A stretch of DNA of 32,000 nt from Candidatus Kuenenia stuttgartensis (GCF_900232105.1 NZ_LT934425.1:3450001-3482000), one strand, 5' to 3'. Shown: positions 1 through 9,256, counted from the stretch's first letter. Notes: generated by a model from the letters alone, not told the origin. A program made the numbers and translations.

Positions 1-120
1 CATTTTTCTTTGTCATACGTAACTGCACAAGTATTTACCGTTTTCATTTGAGTGTAACCTTTTTGTTAATTGTAATAGTTCACTTTGAATGTAAATTTAC
101 GAATATGTATTCGGCATAAT

Positions 121-228
121 ACAGGTCGCTCCTACGGAGCTTTCTTTCTATTTTTGCACTAATCTCTACAAACAGATCGCTCCTATGGAGCTAATAGATA
201 ATATGTTTTTCAAAAACTAAATTGATAC
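121..228. repeat. Partial modular palindromic unit: two CGCTCCTAYGGAGC mini-hairpin modules plus a right-hand GTAACAC-family terminal repeat (variant ending ctaaattgatac)
   Basis: acaggtcgctcctacggagct (121-141) and ctacaaacagatcgctcctatggagct (166-192) match modules at 27071-27091 and 27117-27144. tttttcaaaaactaaattgatac (206-228) is near-identical to 26044-26067. Confidence 0.7.
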
Positions 229-332
229 TTGGATTTTAACTTTAAATATTTTGCCAGAAAATGCAAAGAAATTACTTATAAGATATTAAATCTTACTTTA
301 TTAACCAGGGAAACTTAGCATGACGTCATCGA

Positions 333-1493
333 TTATATATGTATTAAAATCTTTCCATCTGTCCTTTCGGAAGAAGCCTTGATTGCCTCCATTATTCCTG
401 CAAAAGGGTATCTTGCAGTGATCATTTTGTCCAGCTTAAGCCGCCCGGTTGCGATAAGTTTAATAATGGAAGGAAAGATTGCGTATCCTGAATGCCCTCT
501 TGCCCCAACAATTTTATTTGCGCCGGATACAAGATGATCCAGATGCATCGATGTTGTTGTCGCCGCGCGTCCAAGGTATATTATTTTACCGTTAATCGCC
601 ATGGATTTTTCCATTTCGGGAATGGTGGCAGGTGCTGCACCGGCTGCTTCTATTTGTATATCAGCGCCCCAGCCTTTTGTTATCTCCATTACCTTTTCTC
701 CGGAAAGACAATCGCGCATTTTATTTGTGTTAAAAGCGTAGTCTGCCCCCATCTCTAATGCAATATTCGCCCTTTCATCTATTATGTCAAAGGCAATAAT
801 CTGGCTTGCGCCTGCAATCTTTGCTAATGCAATAGCGCCTAATCCAATAGGGCCTGTGCCATATACGACTACCGTGGCACCAGGCTGAAATCCGCCCCCA
901 ACAATAAACAGCCCATTGTATGCGCAGCCCACAGGTTCAATAAGGGCGCCAATATCAAATGCCTCGTCTTCTGAATATATTTCCCGAAAATCATTAATTT
1001 CCCAGCAATATCTTTCATTTATTGCAATATATTCCGCAAAAGCGCCGTCTGCGCTTAATCCCATTAATTTGATATATTTGCATTGATTGGGCGAACCACT
1101 CCTGCATGCATGGCACATGCCGCACCACATAATGCTTTCAGCGGCGATCCAATCGCCTTTACTGACGTTTCGCACATTTTTACCTGTCTGTTCCACTATT
1201 CCAGACAACTCATGTCCGATGATGCGGGGGAGTTCCGTCACGCCTGAGAATATGATATATCCGTCTTTATCAGTTTCGTAAAGATGGGTATCTGATCCGC
1301 AGATTCCGCAGCTTTTTATTCGCACAAGAATTTCGTCGTCTTGCAGGTTAGGTACCGAAACGTCTTTTACTTCAAATTGCGTATGCTGCCATACCTGGCT
1401 ACCCACATTTGCCCGTTTTTTGGCCTGTTCTTCATTGCTTAACGGGTAGTTCTTTCTGGGATTCCATTCTCCATCCACAATCAGCGCTTTCAT
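333..1493 (-). CDS. Zn-dependent medium-chain (MDR) alcohol/polyol dehydrogenase
   Basis: 386-aa ORF. Catalytic-Zn region CGICGSDTHLYE and GHELSG, structural-Zn Cys cluster CGMCHACRSGSPNQC, Rossmann GTGPIGLG. Its start overlaps the stop of the upstream ligase gene by 4 nt (ATGA). Confidence 0.9.
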   Translation of the reverse strand: MKALIVDGEWNPRKNYPLSNEEQAKKRANVGSQVWQHTQFEVKDVSVPNLQDDEILVRIKSCGICGSDTHLYETDKDGYIIFSGVTELPRIIGHELSGIVEQTGKNVRNVSKGDWIAAESIMWCGMCHACRSGSPNQCKYIKLMGLSADGAFAEYIAINERYCWEINDFREIYSEDEAFDIGALIEPVGCAYNGLFIVGGGFQPGATVVVYGTGPIGLGAIALAKIAGASQIIAFDIIDERANIALEMGADYAFNTNKMRDCLSGEKVMEITKGWGADIQIEAAGAAPATIPEMEKSMAINGKIIYLGRAATTTSMHLDHLVSGANKIVGARGHSGYAIFPSIIKLIATGRLKLDKMITARYPFAGIMEAIKASSERTDGKILIHI

Positions 1494-3076
1494 ACATGCT
1501 CCAGGATTAAACTGTTTTTATTTATTTTACCGCTGCCGCTTTTGGGGATATCTTTCCTGATTTCGATTATTCTTGGGAGTTTATAATGAGGCAACCGGTC
1601 TTTACAAAAATTCAGGATTTCGTGTTCTTTTACATTCTCCCCCGGCTGAAGCACGGCAACTGCCTTTGGTATTTCTCCCCTCAATCTGTCTTTTACAGAA
1701 ATAACCGCTATTTCTTTTATAGAAGGATGTTCCAGCAAAACGCGCTCAATTTCCTGCGGATACACCTTTAATCCGGCGACCTTCATCATCCCCGATTTTC
1801 TCTCTATAAAATAAAAATAGCCGTTTTCGTCCTTCATTCCAAGGTCGCCGCTGTGGTACCATCCGTCTTGAGAACAGGTATTGCCGGCATTGCCATAATA
1901 ATTTTGCACAACTGCCGGTCCTTTGAAGATCATCTCTCCGATTTCTCCATGAGTAAGTTCATTATTATTTTCGTCAACAATTTTTATCTCATATGTTGGA
2001 CATGGTTTCCCGATTGAGCGTTTTGGGATATCGTCGCCAGGGCGATTGGCAATAGCGATTCCGGTAGTTTCGGTACTGCCCCATACGGGAATAATCGGGA
2101 CGCCTGTTTTTTGTTTAAATTTTTCTATAAGGTTTGTACGGGTGTACATGCCCCCGCTTTCCGGAATTCTGAGAGAACTAACATCAAACATTCCATGTTC
2201 GAGAACATCCAGTAAGTTTTCATACAAAGGGGCAAGGCCCATCATACAGGTTACTTTACAGGATGAAATTGCATTCGCTATTGATTTGGGATAAATCTTT
2301 TCAACAAGCGTAATCGTTCCACCAAGGAAAAGCGAACGGGCAAATATTTCATGGGGATGGGCAAAGGGGGCAAACATGCAAAGATGTATATCATCACTCT
2401 TCAATCCCAGTATGTCGATTGCGGCAATGGTATTCCAATATATGTTGGAATGTGTAGTTTCCGCCCCTTTTGAATTTCCCGTAGAGCCTGATGTATAATT
2501 TAAATAAACAACCTCATGCGTCTGAATGTCAAGATTAGGGTTATCTGTTTTCCCGCCGTTTATAATATCATTCCATGGTATGCCGCATCCCGTATATTCC
2601 CCCACAAGAATAATGGGTATATCGGTATTTTGAGGCAAGGCCCGAATTGCTTGTTCAATATGCGTGCTGTGGACTATCAAACACGCAGGCATAATATTTT
2701 TGAAAATGGCGCGTATGCCTTCTTCTGTCAGCTCGTAATTAATTGGCGCAACTATGGCCCCGGCTTTGGCGATTCCCATGAAGCTTATCACAAGTTCAGG
2801 AATTCTTGGGAGCATTAAACCTATCCGGTCGCCTCTTTTCACTCCTATGTTCAACAATTCATTTGCCAGGCTGTTTGCCAACGTGTTGTATCCATGGTAA
2901 TTGATCTTTTTGTGATGATAGATGATGGCCGTTTTATTCGGAATCTCAGCGGCATAGCGTTCTAATATTTCCGGTAAAGTGCAACATACTTCTTTTATGT
3001 ATTGCAATCCTTTCTGTCTTTTACGGAGCGGAAACCTGCTTTTTCTTTTCTTTGTTGTTAAGATGTTTTTAATCAT
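1490..3076 (-). CDS. AMP-dependent acyl-CoA synthetase/ligase (ANL superfamily)
   Basis: 528-aa ORF. AMP-binding signature YTSGSTGNSKG, GWYHSGDLG, and C-terminal PKSGSGKI lysine motif. GGTGA Shine-Dalgarno-like sequence upstream of the ATG at 3076. Confidence 0.9.
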   Translation of the reverse strand: MIKNILTTKKRKSRFPLRKRQKGLQYIKEVCCTLPEILERYAAEIPNKTAIIYHHKKINYHGYNTLANSLANELLNIGVKRGDRIGLMLPRIPELVISFMGIAKAGAIVAPINYELTEEGIRAIFKNIMPACLIVHSTHIEQAIRALPQNTDIPIILVGEYTGCGIPWNDIINGGKTDNPNLDIQTHEVVYLNYTSGSTGNSKGAETTHSNIYWNTIAAIDILGLKSDDIHLCMFAPFAHPHEIFARSLFLGGTITLVEKIYPKSIANAISSCKVTCMMGLAPLYENLLDVLEHGMFDVSSLRIPESGGMYTRTNLIEKFKQKTGVPIIPVWGSTETTGIAIANRPGDDIPKRSIGKPCPTYEIKIVDENNNELTHGEIGEMIFKGPAVVQNYYGNAGNTCSQDGWYHSGDLGMKDENGYFYFIERKSGMMKVAGLKVYPQEIERVLLEHPSIKEIAVISVKDRLRGEIPKAVAVLQPGENVKEHEILNFCKDRLPHYKLPRIIEIRKDIPKSGSGKINKNSLILEHV

Positions 3077-3172
3077 TTCTCATCACCAATAGATTTTGAC
3101 TTGTATAGTACTGACTAAAACATATTCGGACGTTTTCAAATAGTTTCCAGCAGAAGCTGATTTATTGGGTAT

Positions 3173-3214
3173 ATTATAATTTTATTTTTACTAAAGGATA
3201 TGACGTCTGTCACA
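3173..3214 (-). promoter_or_regulatory. Candidate Crp/Fnr-dependent (class II-like) promoter of the ligase-ADH operon
   Basis: The minus strand reads TGTGA-cagacg-TCATA (3214-3199), then a 20-nt spacer, then TATAAT (3178-3173). The box centre therefore falls about 40.5 nt upstream of the predicted start site. The site lies directly downstream of the Crp/Fnr gene and about 130 nt upstream of the ligase ATG. A 9/10 half-site match alone is expected about twice by chance in 32 kb, so only the positional context supports it. Confidence 0.4.
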
Positions 3215-3225
3215 TTTAAAAGAAA

Positions 3226-3912
3226 TTATATCAATAAATTATTGGCATGTTCTCTTAAAATGACTTTTCTACCTTTGTAAGAGACAAGTGTATTGTTATC
3301 CTTAAGCACTTTAATAATTCTCGTGATTGTTTCCCGTGATGCCCCGACCATGCTGGCAATTTCTTTGTGAGTTGGTGCATGTGATATTTCAATGCCGGCA
3401 TTTGTTTTTTCACCCTGCTCAAGTTTTAACTGTTGGAGTAATTGTATTGTTCTGCCGCAAACGTCCAAAAAAGCCAAACTTTCAATCTTCTTATTTGCAT
3501 GTCTGAGCCTTGAGCATATTTCGGTAAATATTTTTGTCAATAAGCCTGGATAATTTGAAATAAGTTTGTGGAATTGATTTCTTGTAAACAAAAACAATGT
3601 GGTGTTTTCTACACAGACTGCGCTTACAGACCGTGTTTCATCGTCCATGAGCGACATTTCACCAAAAAAATCGCCTTCCTTTAAGAGCGAAAGCACGATC
3701 TCCTTGCCGTCTTCATTTAAAAGGGTAATTTTTACTTTTCCTGTGATTACAATATAAAATGTATCTCCATGATCGTGTTGATAAAAAATTACGTGGTCTT
3801 TTGGAAAACTCTTAGTAATGCCTGCTCTAAAAAGTGTTTTTAATTGCTCATTGGCGAGGCTATTAAATAACGGCACATTTTTTAAGTGTAAGTATATATT
3901 CGTTTCATACAT
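3226..3912 (-). CDS. Crp/Fnr family transcriptional regulator (cNMP-binding domain + C-terminal HTH)
   Basis: 228-aa ORF. Beta-barrel effector-domain motif GDFFGEMSL and C-terminal HTH THKEIASMVGASRETITRIIKVL. Confidence 0.9.
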   Translation of the reverse strand: MYETNIYLHLKNVPLFNSLANEQLKTLFRAGITKSFPKDHVIFYQHDHGDTFYIVITGKVKITLLNEDGKEIVLSLLKEGDFFGEMSLMDDETRSVSAVCVENTTLFLFTRNQFHKLISNYPGLLTKIFTEICSRLRHANKKIESLAFLDVCGRTIQLLQQLKLEQGEKTNAGIEISHAPTHKEIASMVGASRETITRIIKVLKDNNTLVSYKGRKVILREHANNLLI

Positions 3913-3988
3913 AAATAATCAGGTAGTTAAGTGTAAAATTATCATGTCCTGCAGGTGTTTAATTATTTGGTATCGATTTAGCCATTCA

Positions 3989-4430
3989 GTAACACTTTAG
4001 TCTTTTGAAAAACCATTCCATTACGTTAGTTTGACCCATCCTACATACGGTTAAAATTTTTTAAAGAATACACGGGTATCTTCTCATATTTTTCGGGTTC
4101 TATATGATGGTCAATTATATAGTCAATTTTTTTTGTAACTTCAGGTTCAAGGTACTCGCTGCTACACTGGGAACATACCCCACGCGTGAGTATCTTCAAA
4201 AACGCAAAAATTCATCTCGTGACATTCACTATGCACAATCTTCTTATTTAAAAATTCAACATCACATTCCGGACATTGCATAAAAATTCAACTTTTTCTT
4301 CTACGGAAACTTCTTATCTCCTCTATAAAAAGAGGGGCCTGGGGTGTGTTATAAGACAGCAAATCTTTTGCCACGCACACTGTGCTATATATGTATGGCA
4401 AATTCTTTTTCAAAAAACCAGATTATTACC
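3989..4430. mobile_element. GTAACAC-family terminal inverted repeat pair enclosing a small zinc-ribbon gene
   Basis: Left end gtaacactttagtcttttgaaaaa (3989-4012). Right end tttttcaaaaaaccagattattacc (4406-4430) is a degenerate reverse complement. The same end sequences bound the other elements listed below. Confidence 0.45.
4041..4281 (-). pseudogene. YgiT-type (MqsA N-terminal-like) zinc-ribbon protein, interrupted by a 1-nt frameshift in a G4 run
   Basis: ATG at 4281 gives MQCPECDVEFLNKKIVHSECHEMNFCVFEDTHAWGMFPV and then a stop at 4164-4162. The adjacent frame continues VCSQCSSEYLEPEVTKKIDYIIDHHIEPEKYEKIPVYSLKNFNRM to the stop at 4043-4041. Removing one G from GGGG (plus-strand cccc, 4178-4181) restores a 79-aa CxxC...CxxC protein. 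Confidence 0.5.
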
Positions 4431-4450
4431 TATTTTAAAAGGTATAAACT

Positions 4451-6577
4451 TCAATCCTTTTCTGTCATAATTATTTGTGAGAGGTCGGCTATTTTCTCCG
4501 AGTATAATTGATTAATTTCCCTTAACAGCAATAATCGATTATTGCGAATCTCCATGTCTTCAACATTTACAAAAACCTTTTCGAAAAACGCATGCACCGG
4601 TTCAGCAAAAACTTCGTTATACGTAAACGAGGCTTCAACATATTTCTTATCCTGAATCATGGTTCTGATTTTTGCTTCATTAGCGGTGTAAATTTCCCAC
4701 AATTGCAGTTCTTCTTTTTCGTTTAATAAGTTTGTACTAACCATCCCCTCGCCTTTTACCTTTTTGCTTATGTTGAATGTCCTTTCCACCACAGATACCA
4801 GGTCTGGCCAGTATTTTTCTTTTGAAAGCATGGAAACGTCCTTTAATCTCTGTAAAAAATCATACATATCGTCAAACCCTGCGCCCGCATTCAAAACAGC
4901 GTTTACGAGATCATGACTACAGCCCTTTTCAATATTTGTATGGAATAATCGCTCTCTGAAGAAGTTCTTTATTTCCGGTATTAATTTGTCAGAAGTAAAT
5001 AAAGAGCTTTGTGTCTGGGACATGAGTATGGATAATGACTGGCCAAGAACTTCTTCAAGCATCAAGGTGAATCCATGCTCCTCTATGATACGAATTATTC
5101 CGTAGGCATGGCGCCTCAGAGAATAAGGATCCTGCGACCCCGTTGGATGCAATCCAAGGGCAAAACAACCGGATATCGTATCAAACTTATCGGCAAGTCC
5201 AACGATAGCGCCGATTATTGAAGACGGGATTTTATCCGCTGCAAAGCGGGGCAGATAATGCTCTTCTATCGCCAGTGCAACAGCGGGTTCTTCTCCGTCC
5301 CATGCGGCATATTCCCTGCCCATAATTCCCTGTAATGATGGGAATTCGCCAACCATCTGGGTGAGGAGGTCTGTCTTGCATAGTAGTGCTGCGCGTTTTG
5401 CAGCATCAATATCAGCAATACTAAAATCGGGATGATTAAATCTGATTAATTGTTTTGACAGGTAATCGGTCAGGGCAACAATCCTGCCGGTTCTCTCGTA
5501 GTAATTGCCGAGTTTTTCAAGGAAGACAAGCTGTTTTAAGTCTTCTACACGTTTTTCAAGGGGAATTTTTCTGTCTTCTTTCCAGAAAAATCTTGCGTCA
5601 TAAAGCCTCGCTTTCAGAACACGTTCATTGCCCTGTATGGGGTAGTTTTCGTTAGGTTCGTCGCGGTTCAGCGCCACGATGAATTTATTTATCAGCTTTC
5701 CGTCTGCTTTTTTAACAGGAAAGTATCTCTGGTGTTCTTTCATTGCCGTCTCTATCACTATATCGGGAATATCAAGAAATTTATCGTCGAAACTGCATGT
5801 TACGGCATTGGGATATTCTACCAGATTGGCAACCTCATCCAGCAATGATTCATCATCAAATGTTGCCCCGTGCTGTTTCATTAGTTTCGTTATTTTTTCT
5901 TTCAGTATATTGCGCCTTTCCGGTATATCTACAATAACTTTCTCCTGTTTAAGCAACTGCTTATACTGCTCCCAGTCTGCAACCTGGATTTCAATCTTTT
6001 TCCCTGACAGAAAAGGGTGACCTGAAAAAACATTTCCCGCCTTTATGCCATTTATCTCAAGCGGAACAACCTTATTGCCGAATAATGCAAGGAGGGAGCG
6101 TATCGGCCTGGCGAAAAAAAGGTTGTTGGTTTTCCATTTCATTGATTTCGGGAAGGATGTTTTTTGAATAATTTCTTCCAGAATGCCAGGCAATAGATGC
6201 AGCGTCTTTTCCCCCGTAATCTGTTTTATTGCAATACAATATTCTCCCTTTGCGGTTTTTTTTGTTTGGAGGGTGTTGCTCTCTATGCCTTGTGATTTTG
6301 CGAACCCTAAGCCCGCCTTTGTAAGATTTCCCGCCTTATCAAAGGCAATTGCAACAGAAGGGCCTTGTATTTCTTCTGTGACGCTTTCCTGTTCTTCCGG
6401 CAGGCCTTTGATAAAAACTACCAGCCTCCTTGGTGTTCCCGTACAGTAAATGCTTTGAAATGTCAGACGGAAATATTTGAAACGTTCACCGAATAATGTT
6501 TTTATCTGATTGAGTGCGGGCGTTATATAACCGGCAGGAATTTCTTCAGTACCTATTTCAAAAAGCAGATCAGTCAT
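4451..6577 (-). CDS. glyS: Glycine--tRNA ligase beta subunit
   Basis: 708-aa ORF. N-terminus MTDLLFEIGTEEIPAGY and overall length are typical of GlyRS beta. The start lies 2 nt after the upstream gene's stop. Confidence 0.95.
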   Translation of the reverse strand: MTDLLFEIGTEEIPAGYITPALNQIKTLFGERFKYFRLTFQSIYCTGTPRRLVVFIKGLPEEQESVTEEIQGPSVAIAFDKAGNLTKAGLGFAKSQGIESNTLQTKKTAKGEYCIAIKQITGEKTLHLLPGILEEIIQKTSFPKSMKWKTNNLFFARPIRSLLALFGNKVVPLEINGIKAGNVFSGHPFLSGKKIEIQVADWEQYKQLLKQEKVIVDIPERRNILKEKITKLMKQHGATFDDESLLDEVANLVEYPNAVTCSFDDKFLDIPDIVIETAMKEHQRYFPVKKADGKLINKFIVALNRDEPNENYPIQGNERVLKARLYDARFFWKEDRKIPLEKRVEDLKQLVFLEKLGNYYERTGRIVALTDYLSKQLIRFNHPDFSIADIDAAKRAALLCKTDLLTQMVGEFPSLQGIMGREYAAWDGEEPAVALAIEEHYLPRFAADKIPSSIIGAIVGLADKFDTISGCFALGLHPTGSQDPYSLRRHAYGIIRIIEEHGFTLMLEEVLGQSLSILMSQTQSSLFTSDKLIPEIKNFFRERLFHTNIEKGCSHDLVNAVLNAGAGFDDMYDFLQRLKDVSMLSKEKYWPDLVSVVERTFNISKKVKGEGMVSTNLLNEKEELQLWEIYTANEAKIRTMIQDKKYVEASFTYNEVFAEPVHAFFEKVFVNVEDMEIRNNRLLLLREINQLYSEKIADLSQIIMTEKD

Positions 6578-6579
6578 TG

Positions 6580-7878
6580 TTAGAGTCGGAATATATGTTT
6601 TCTGTTAACCCCTTTTAAAGCATTGCGGGTATCCACTATTAACTTTGAATGGGAGACGATTAAGTCGTAATCAAAACAGCAGTGATCCGTTACGATAACA
6701 CTGCAATCAATTTTTGAAAAAAATTCTTTTGTGTGCGTCTTTGATTTTGTGCAAAGACCGTGATAGTTGATTTCCGGGATATACGGGTCAGAATATGTCA
6801 ATTTCGCCCCCTTGTTTTTTAATTGATGCATTATTTCCAATGCGGGGGACTCCCGGATATCGCCGACGTCTTTTTTATAAGCAACCCCGAGGATATGTAT
6901 TGCAGAACCTTTTACACTTTTTTCAAAATTGTTTAGCGCATCGGTAATTTTTTCCACAACAAATTCAGGCATTGCACTGTTAATTTGGTCGGCAAGCGCA
7001 ACAAAACGCAATTCGAAGCCATTTTTTTTCGCAACCCAGGACAGATATAACGGATCTATCGGTATGCAATGCCCACCCAGACCAGGTCCGGGATAAAACG
7101 ACATGAATCCAAATGGTTTTGTCCTGGCAGCGTCAATCACTTCCCAGACGTCTATCCCAATCCTTTCTGCCATGACGGCAATTTCATTTACAAGCGCTAT
7201 GTTTACGCTGCGAAAGGTATTTTCCAGTAATTTCACCATTTCTGCAACCTTTGTGGATGTAACGGGGACAATTTTTTCAACGATCTGTCCATACAAACTC
7301 ATGGCTAGCTCTGTGCATTGTTTTGTAACGCCGCCCACAACTTTGGGAACATTCCTGATACTGTAAACTTTGTTCCCCGGATCAACCCGTTCCGGTGAAA
7401 AGGCAAGATAGAAATCCTTTCCGACCCGGAGTGTATCACCCTCTAATATCGGCAAGACCAACTCCTCGGTTGTACCGGGATAGGTGGTGCTTTCCAATAC
7501 CAAAAGCTGACCCTTGCGCATGTGCTTTTTTATCTCCTGGCTGACATTAATAATGTAAGACATGTCGGGGTCTTTCGTTTTTGTTAAAGGAGTTGGCACG
7601 CATATACTTATGGCGTCAAGTGTAGATATGGCAGAGGCGTCATCAGTTACAAGAAAAAGTCTTTTTTCTACAAATTGCGCAATATCTTCGTCTTTGACAT
7701 CCCCAATATATGATTTTCCCCTGTTCAGAGAGGCGACATGGTCTTTGTTTCTATCAATGCCTGTCACACAGTATCCGCTGCGCACAAACTCAAGCGCAAG
7801 GGGAAGGCCGACATAACCAAGACCAATTATGCCTATTTTTGCCTTTTTTGTTTTAATTTTTTCCAGCAATTTTTCCAT
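6580..7878 (-). CDS. Nucleotide-sugar dehydrogenase (UDP-glucose/GDP-mannose dehydrogenase family, UDP-N-acetylhexosamine dehydrogenase-like)
   Basis: ORF 6580-7959 trimmed to the ATG at 7878 (MEKLLEKIKTKKAKIGIIGLGYVGLPLA, an N-terminal Rossmann fold). Catalytic-Cys region PGPGLGGHCIPIDP. The discarded upstream 81 nt overlaps a repeat element. Confidence 0.9.
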   Translation of the reverse strand: MEKLLEKIKTKKAKIGIIGLGYVGLPLALEFVRSGYCVTGIDRNKDHVASLNRGKSYIGDVKDEDIAQFVEKRLFLVTDDASAISTLDAISICVPTPLTKTKDPDMSYIINVSQEIKKHMRKGQLLVLESTTYPGTTEELVLPILEGDTLRVGKDFYLAFSPERVDPGNKVYSIRNVPKVVGGVTKQCTELAMSLYGQIVEKIVPVTSTKVAEMVKLLENTFRSVNIALVNEIAVMAERIGIDVWEVIDAARTKPFGFMSFYPGPGLGGHCIPIDPLYLSWVAKKNGFELRFVALADQINSAMPEFVVEKITDALNNFEKSVKGSAIHILGVAYKKDVGDIRESPALEIMHQLKNKGAKLTYSDPYIPEINYHGLCTKSKTHTKEFFSKIDCSVIVTDHCCFDYDLIVSHSKLIVDTRNALKGVNRKHIFRL

Positions 7879-7902
7879 GATTAAAAATTGGTAATAATTT
7901 AG

Positions 7903-8012
7903 GGACGCATTGCATACGTCTGGAAACTGCTGTGAGTAAAGAAAATGTTGACACAACAAAGAGACGCATGCAATGCGTCTCTACTAAAATATTGAAATTC
8001 CTATACATAAAT
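7903..8012. repeat. Twin-hairpin element, copy A: 19-nt arm, 40-nt core, reverse-complement arm, 32-nt flank
   Basis: ggacgcattgcatacgtct (7903-7921), core 7922-7961 containing ttgaca, agacgcatgcaatgcgtct (7962-7980), and flank ctactaaaatattgaaattcctatacataaat (7981-8012). Homologous to 23731-23840. Confidence 0.85.
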
Positions 8013-8642
8013 TTAGATTTTTGAAAAATCGAGGGGACATCAAAAAATATTACTATATTGTAGTTTGTAAGGGACAAGATAATAGTTAGTTAAGTAAAAA
8101 ATTGCAACAAAAAAAAATGATTACAAGAAAATTTATACCATACTGTAATGAGAGTGGTTTTTTCCTCCGTATAACATGTGATAGATTCCAATTTCAAGCC
8201 GGCATAAGACAGAAGTTATGTGACAAAGTCAATGTTGGAAACAGGCGCTTCATTATATCCCGGATTGTTTTCAGTGCTTTGCGGTTTTGAATGCACCGTA
8301 TGTGGTTGTTCCGGTTCGCCTTCGGTGCTTACCCCGGACTTGTTTGAGTTGTTTGTTGATTGTATTTTGGTTCTCTTAAGGATAGATTCTTTTTTGGGAT
8401 CATACTTTGGGGCGAGAACTGCGATATGTGCTGCAATGGCGGTATAATTTGTGCTTCCCGTCGCATTTAACATGATAATTTCTTTTTAAAATTGTCTGTC
8501 TTACTGTTTTGCGGAATAAATTTGACATTCAATGCTACCGGATTTATCGGCAGAATAGAGGTGGGTATTAGTGAATTTATGTTGCAGCATTTTACCGTTA
8601 TGTATTTTTATGAGTTGTTTCGTTCCCTCCGTTTTTTGAAAA

Positions 8643-9215
8643 TTATAATTGCTCATATATCCCGGTCTTTCTCACCATAAAAAAATGCATACCCATAAAG
8701 AGCATCATTGCAAGCGGAATACCGGCAATGTGTAATGTGTAAAAACAAGTAAGTTGGAATTTCGATAATTCCGCGGCAGTATTTGCCTTTAAAAAACTGC
8801 CGGTGTAATACATGAGCAGTGTTAAAATAAGGAGGTTTGCCCCAGATACCCAGTGTAATTCCCTTGGATGCCGGTAAATTCCTTTAAAATAAATCCTGAG
8901 CATATGGCTGAAAACCATTCCAATCATAATATGCGGTCCAACGGAATGTATGCGCTGAATCAACCATCCATACGGAACACTATGGCTCACACGCTGAAAA
9001 CTTGCTGCCGCTTCATTCGGGCTGGGAATAAAATAGAACATAAGAAATATGCCTGTTCCCAACTGGATTAAAAAAGCAAGCAGCGATAATCCACCCATGC
9101 ACCCTAACCAACTTAATCCTTTAGGGATCAGTTTCCTGGTTATGTTTGTTTCGATGATTTCCTTTAAAATACCCGTGTTTTGGGATTCATTTCCCGATAC
9201 GCCTGGTTTAGACAT
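8643..9215 (-). CDS. Cytochrome b / b6 N-terminal-domain protein (di-haem, four TM helices), short form
   Basis: ORF trimmed to the ATG at 9215, which has AGGAGG upstream and avoids overlap with the aminotransferase. Motifs: LIQLGTGIFLMFYF, His pair H-x13-H (RIHSVGPHIMIGMVFSH), PRELHWVSG, and a second His pair H-x14-H (LHIAGIPLAMMLFMGMH). Confidence 0.8.
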   Translation of the reverse strand: MSKPGVSGNESQNTGILKEIIETNITRKLIPKGLSWLGCMGGLSLLAFLIQLGTGIFLMFYFIPSPNEAAASFQRVSHSVPYGWLIQRIHSVGPHIMIGMVFSHMLRIYFKGIYRHPRELHWVSGANLLILTLLMYYTGSFLKANTAAELSKFQLTCFYTLHIAGIPLAMMLFMGMHFFMVRKTGIYEQL

Positions 9216-9256
9216 GTAATTCCTGCAACCTCCTGACAATATAGCCAAACAAATAT

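Noticed and set aside
1-47. Possible 5' end of a minus-strand gene (ATG at 47, MKTVNTCAVTYDKEK...) leaving the window
   Set aside because: Only 15 codons are visible, with no recognisable motif and a weak RBS. This is not enough to support a call.
320-329. TGACGTCA-type palindromes (320-329 and 26746-26759) as a shared regulatory site
   Set aside because: There are only two full copies, close to chance expectation for an 8-mer palindrome, and they have no consistent position relative to promoters.
7879-7959. N-terminal extension of the sugar dehydrogenase ORF (MLCQHFLYSQQFPDVCNASLNYYQFLI)
   Set aside because: The Rossmann fold begins right after the internal ATG at 7878, and the extension is encoded by the twin-hairpin repeat.
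8216-8473. 85-aa ORF downstream of the cytochrome b gene (low-complexity, MLNATGSTNYTAIAAHIAVL...)
   Set aside because: It has no RBS and no motif, and an antisense ORF of similar length overlaps it. It may be a real disordered protein, but I cannot support that.
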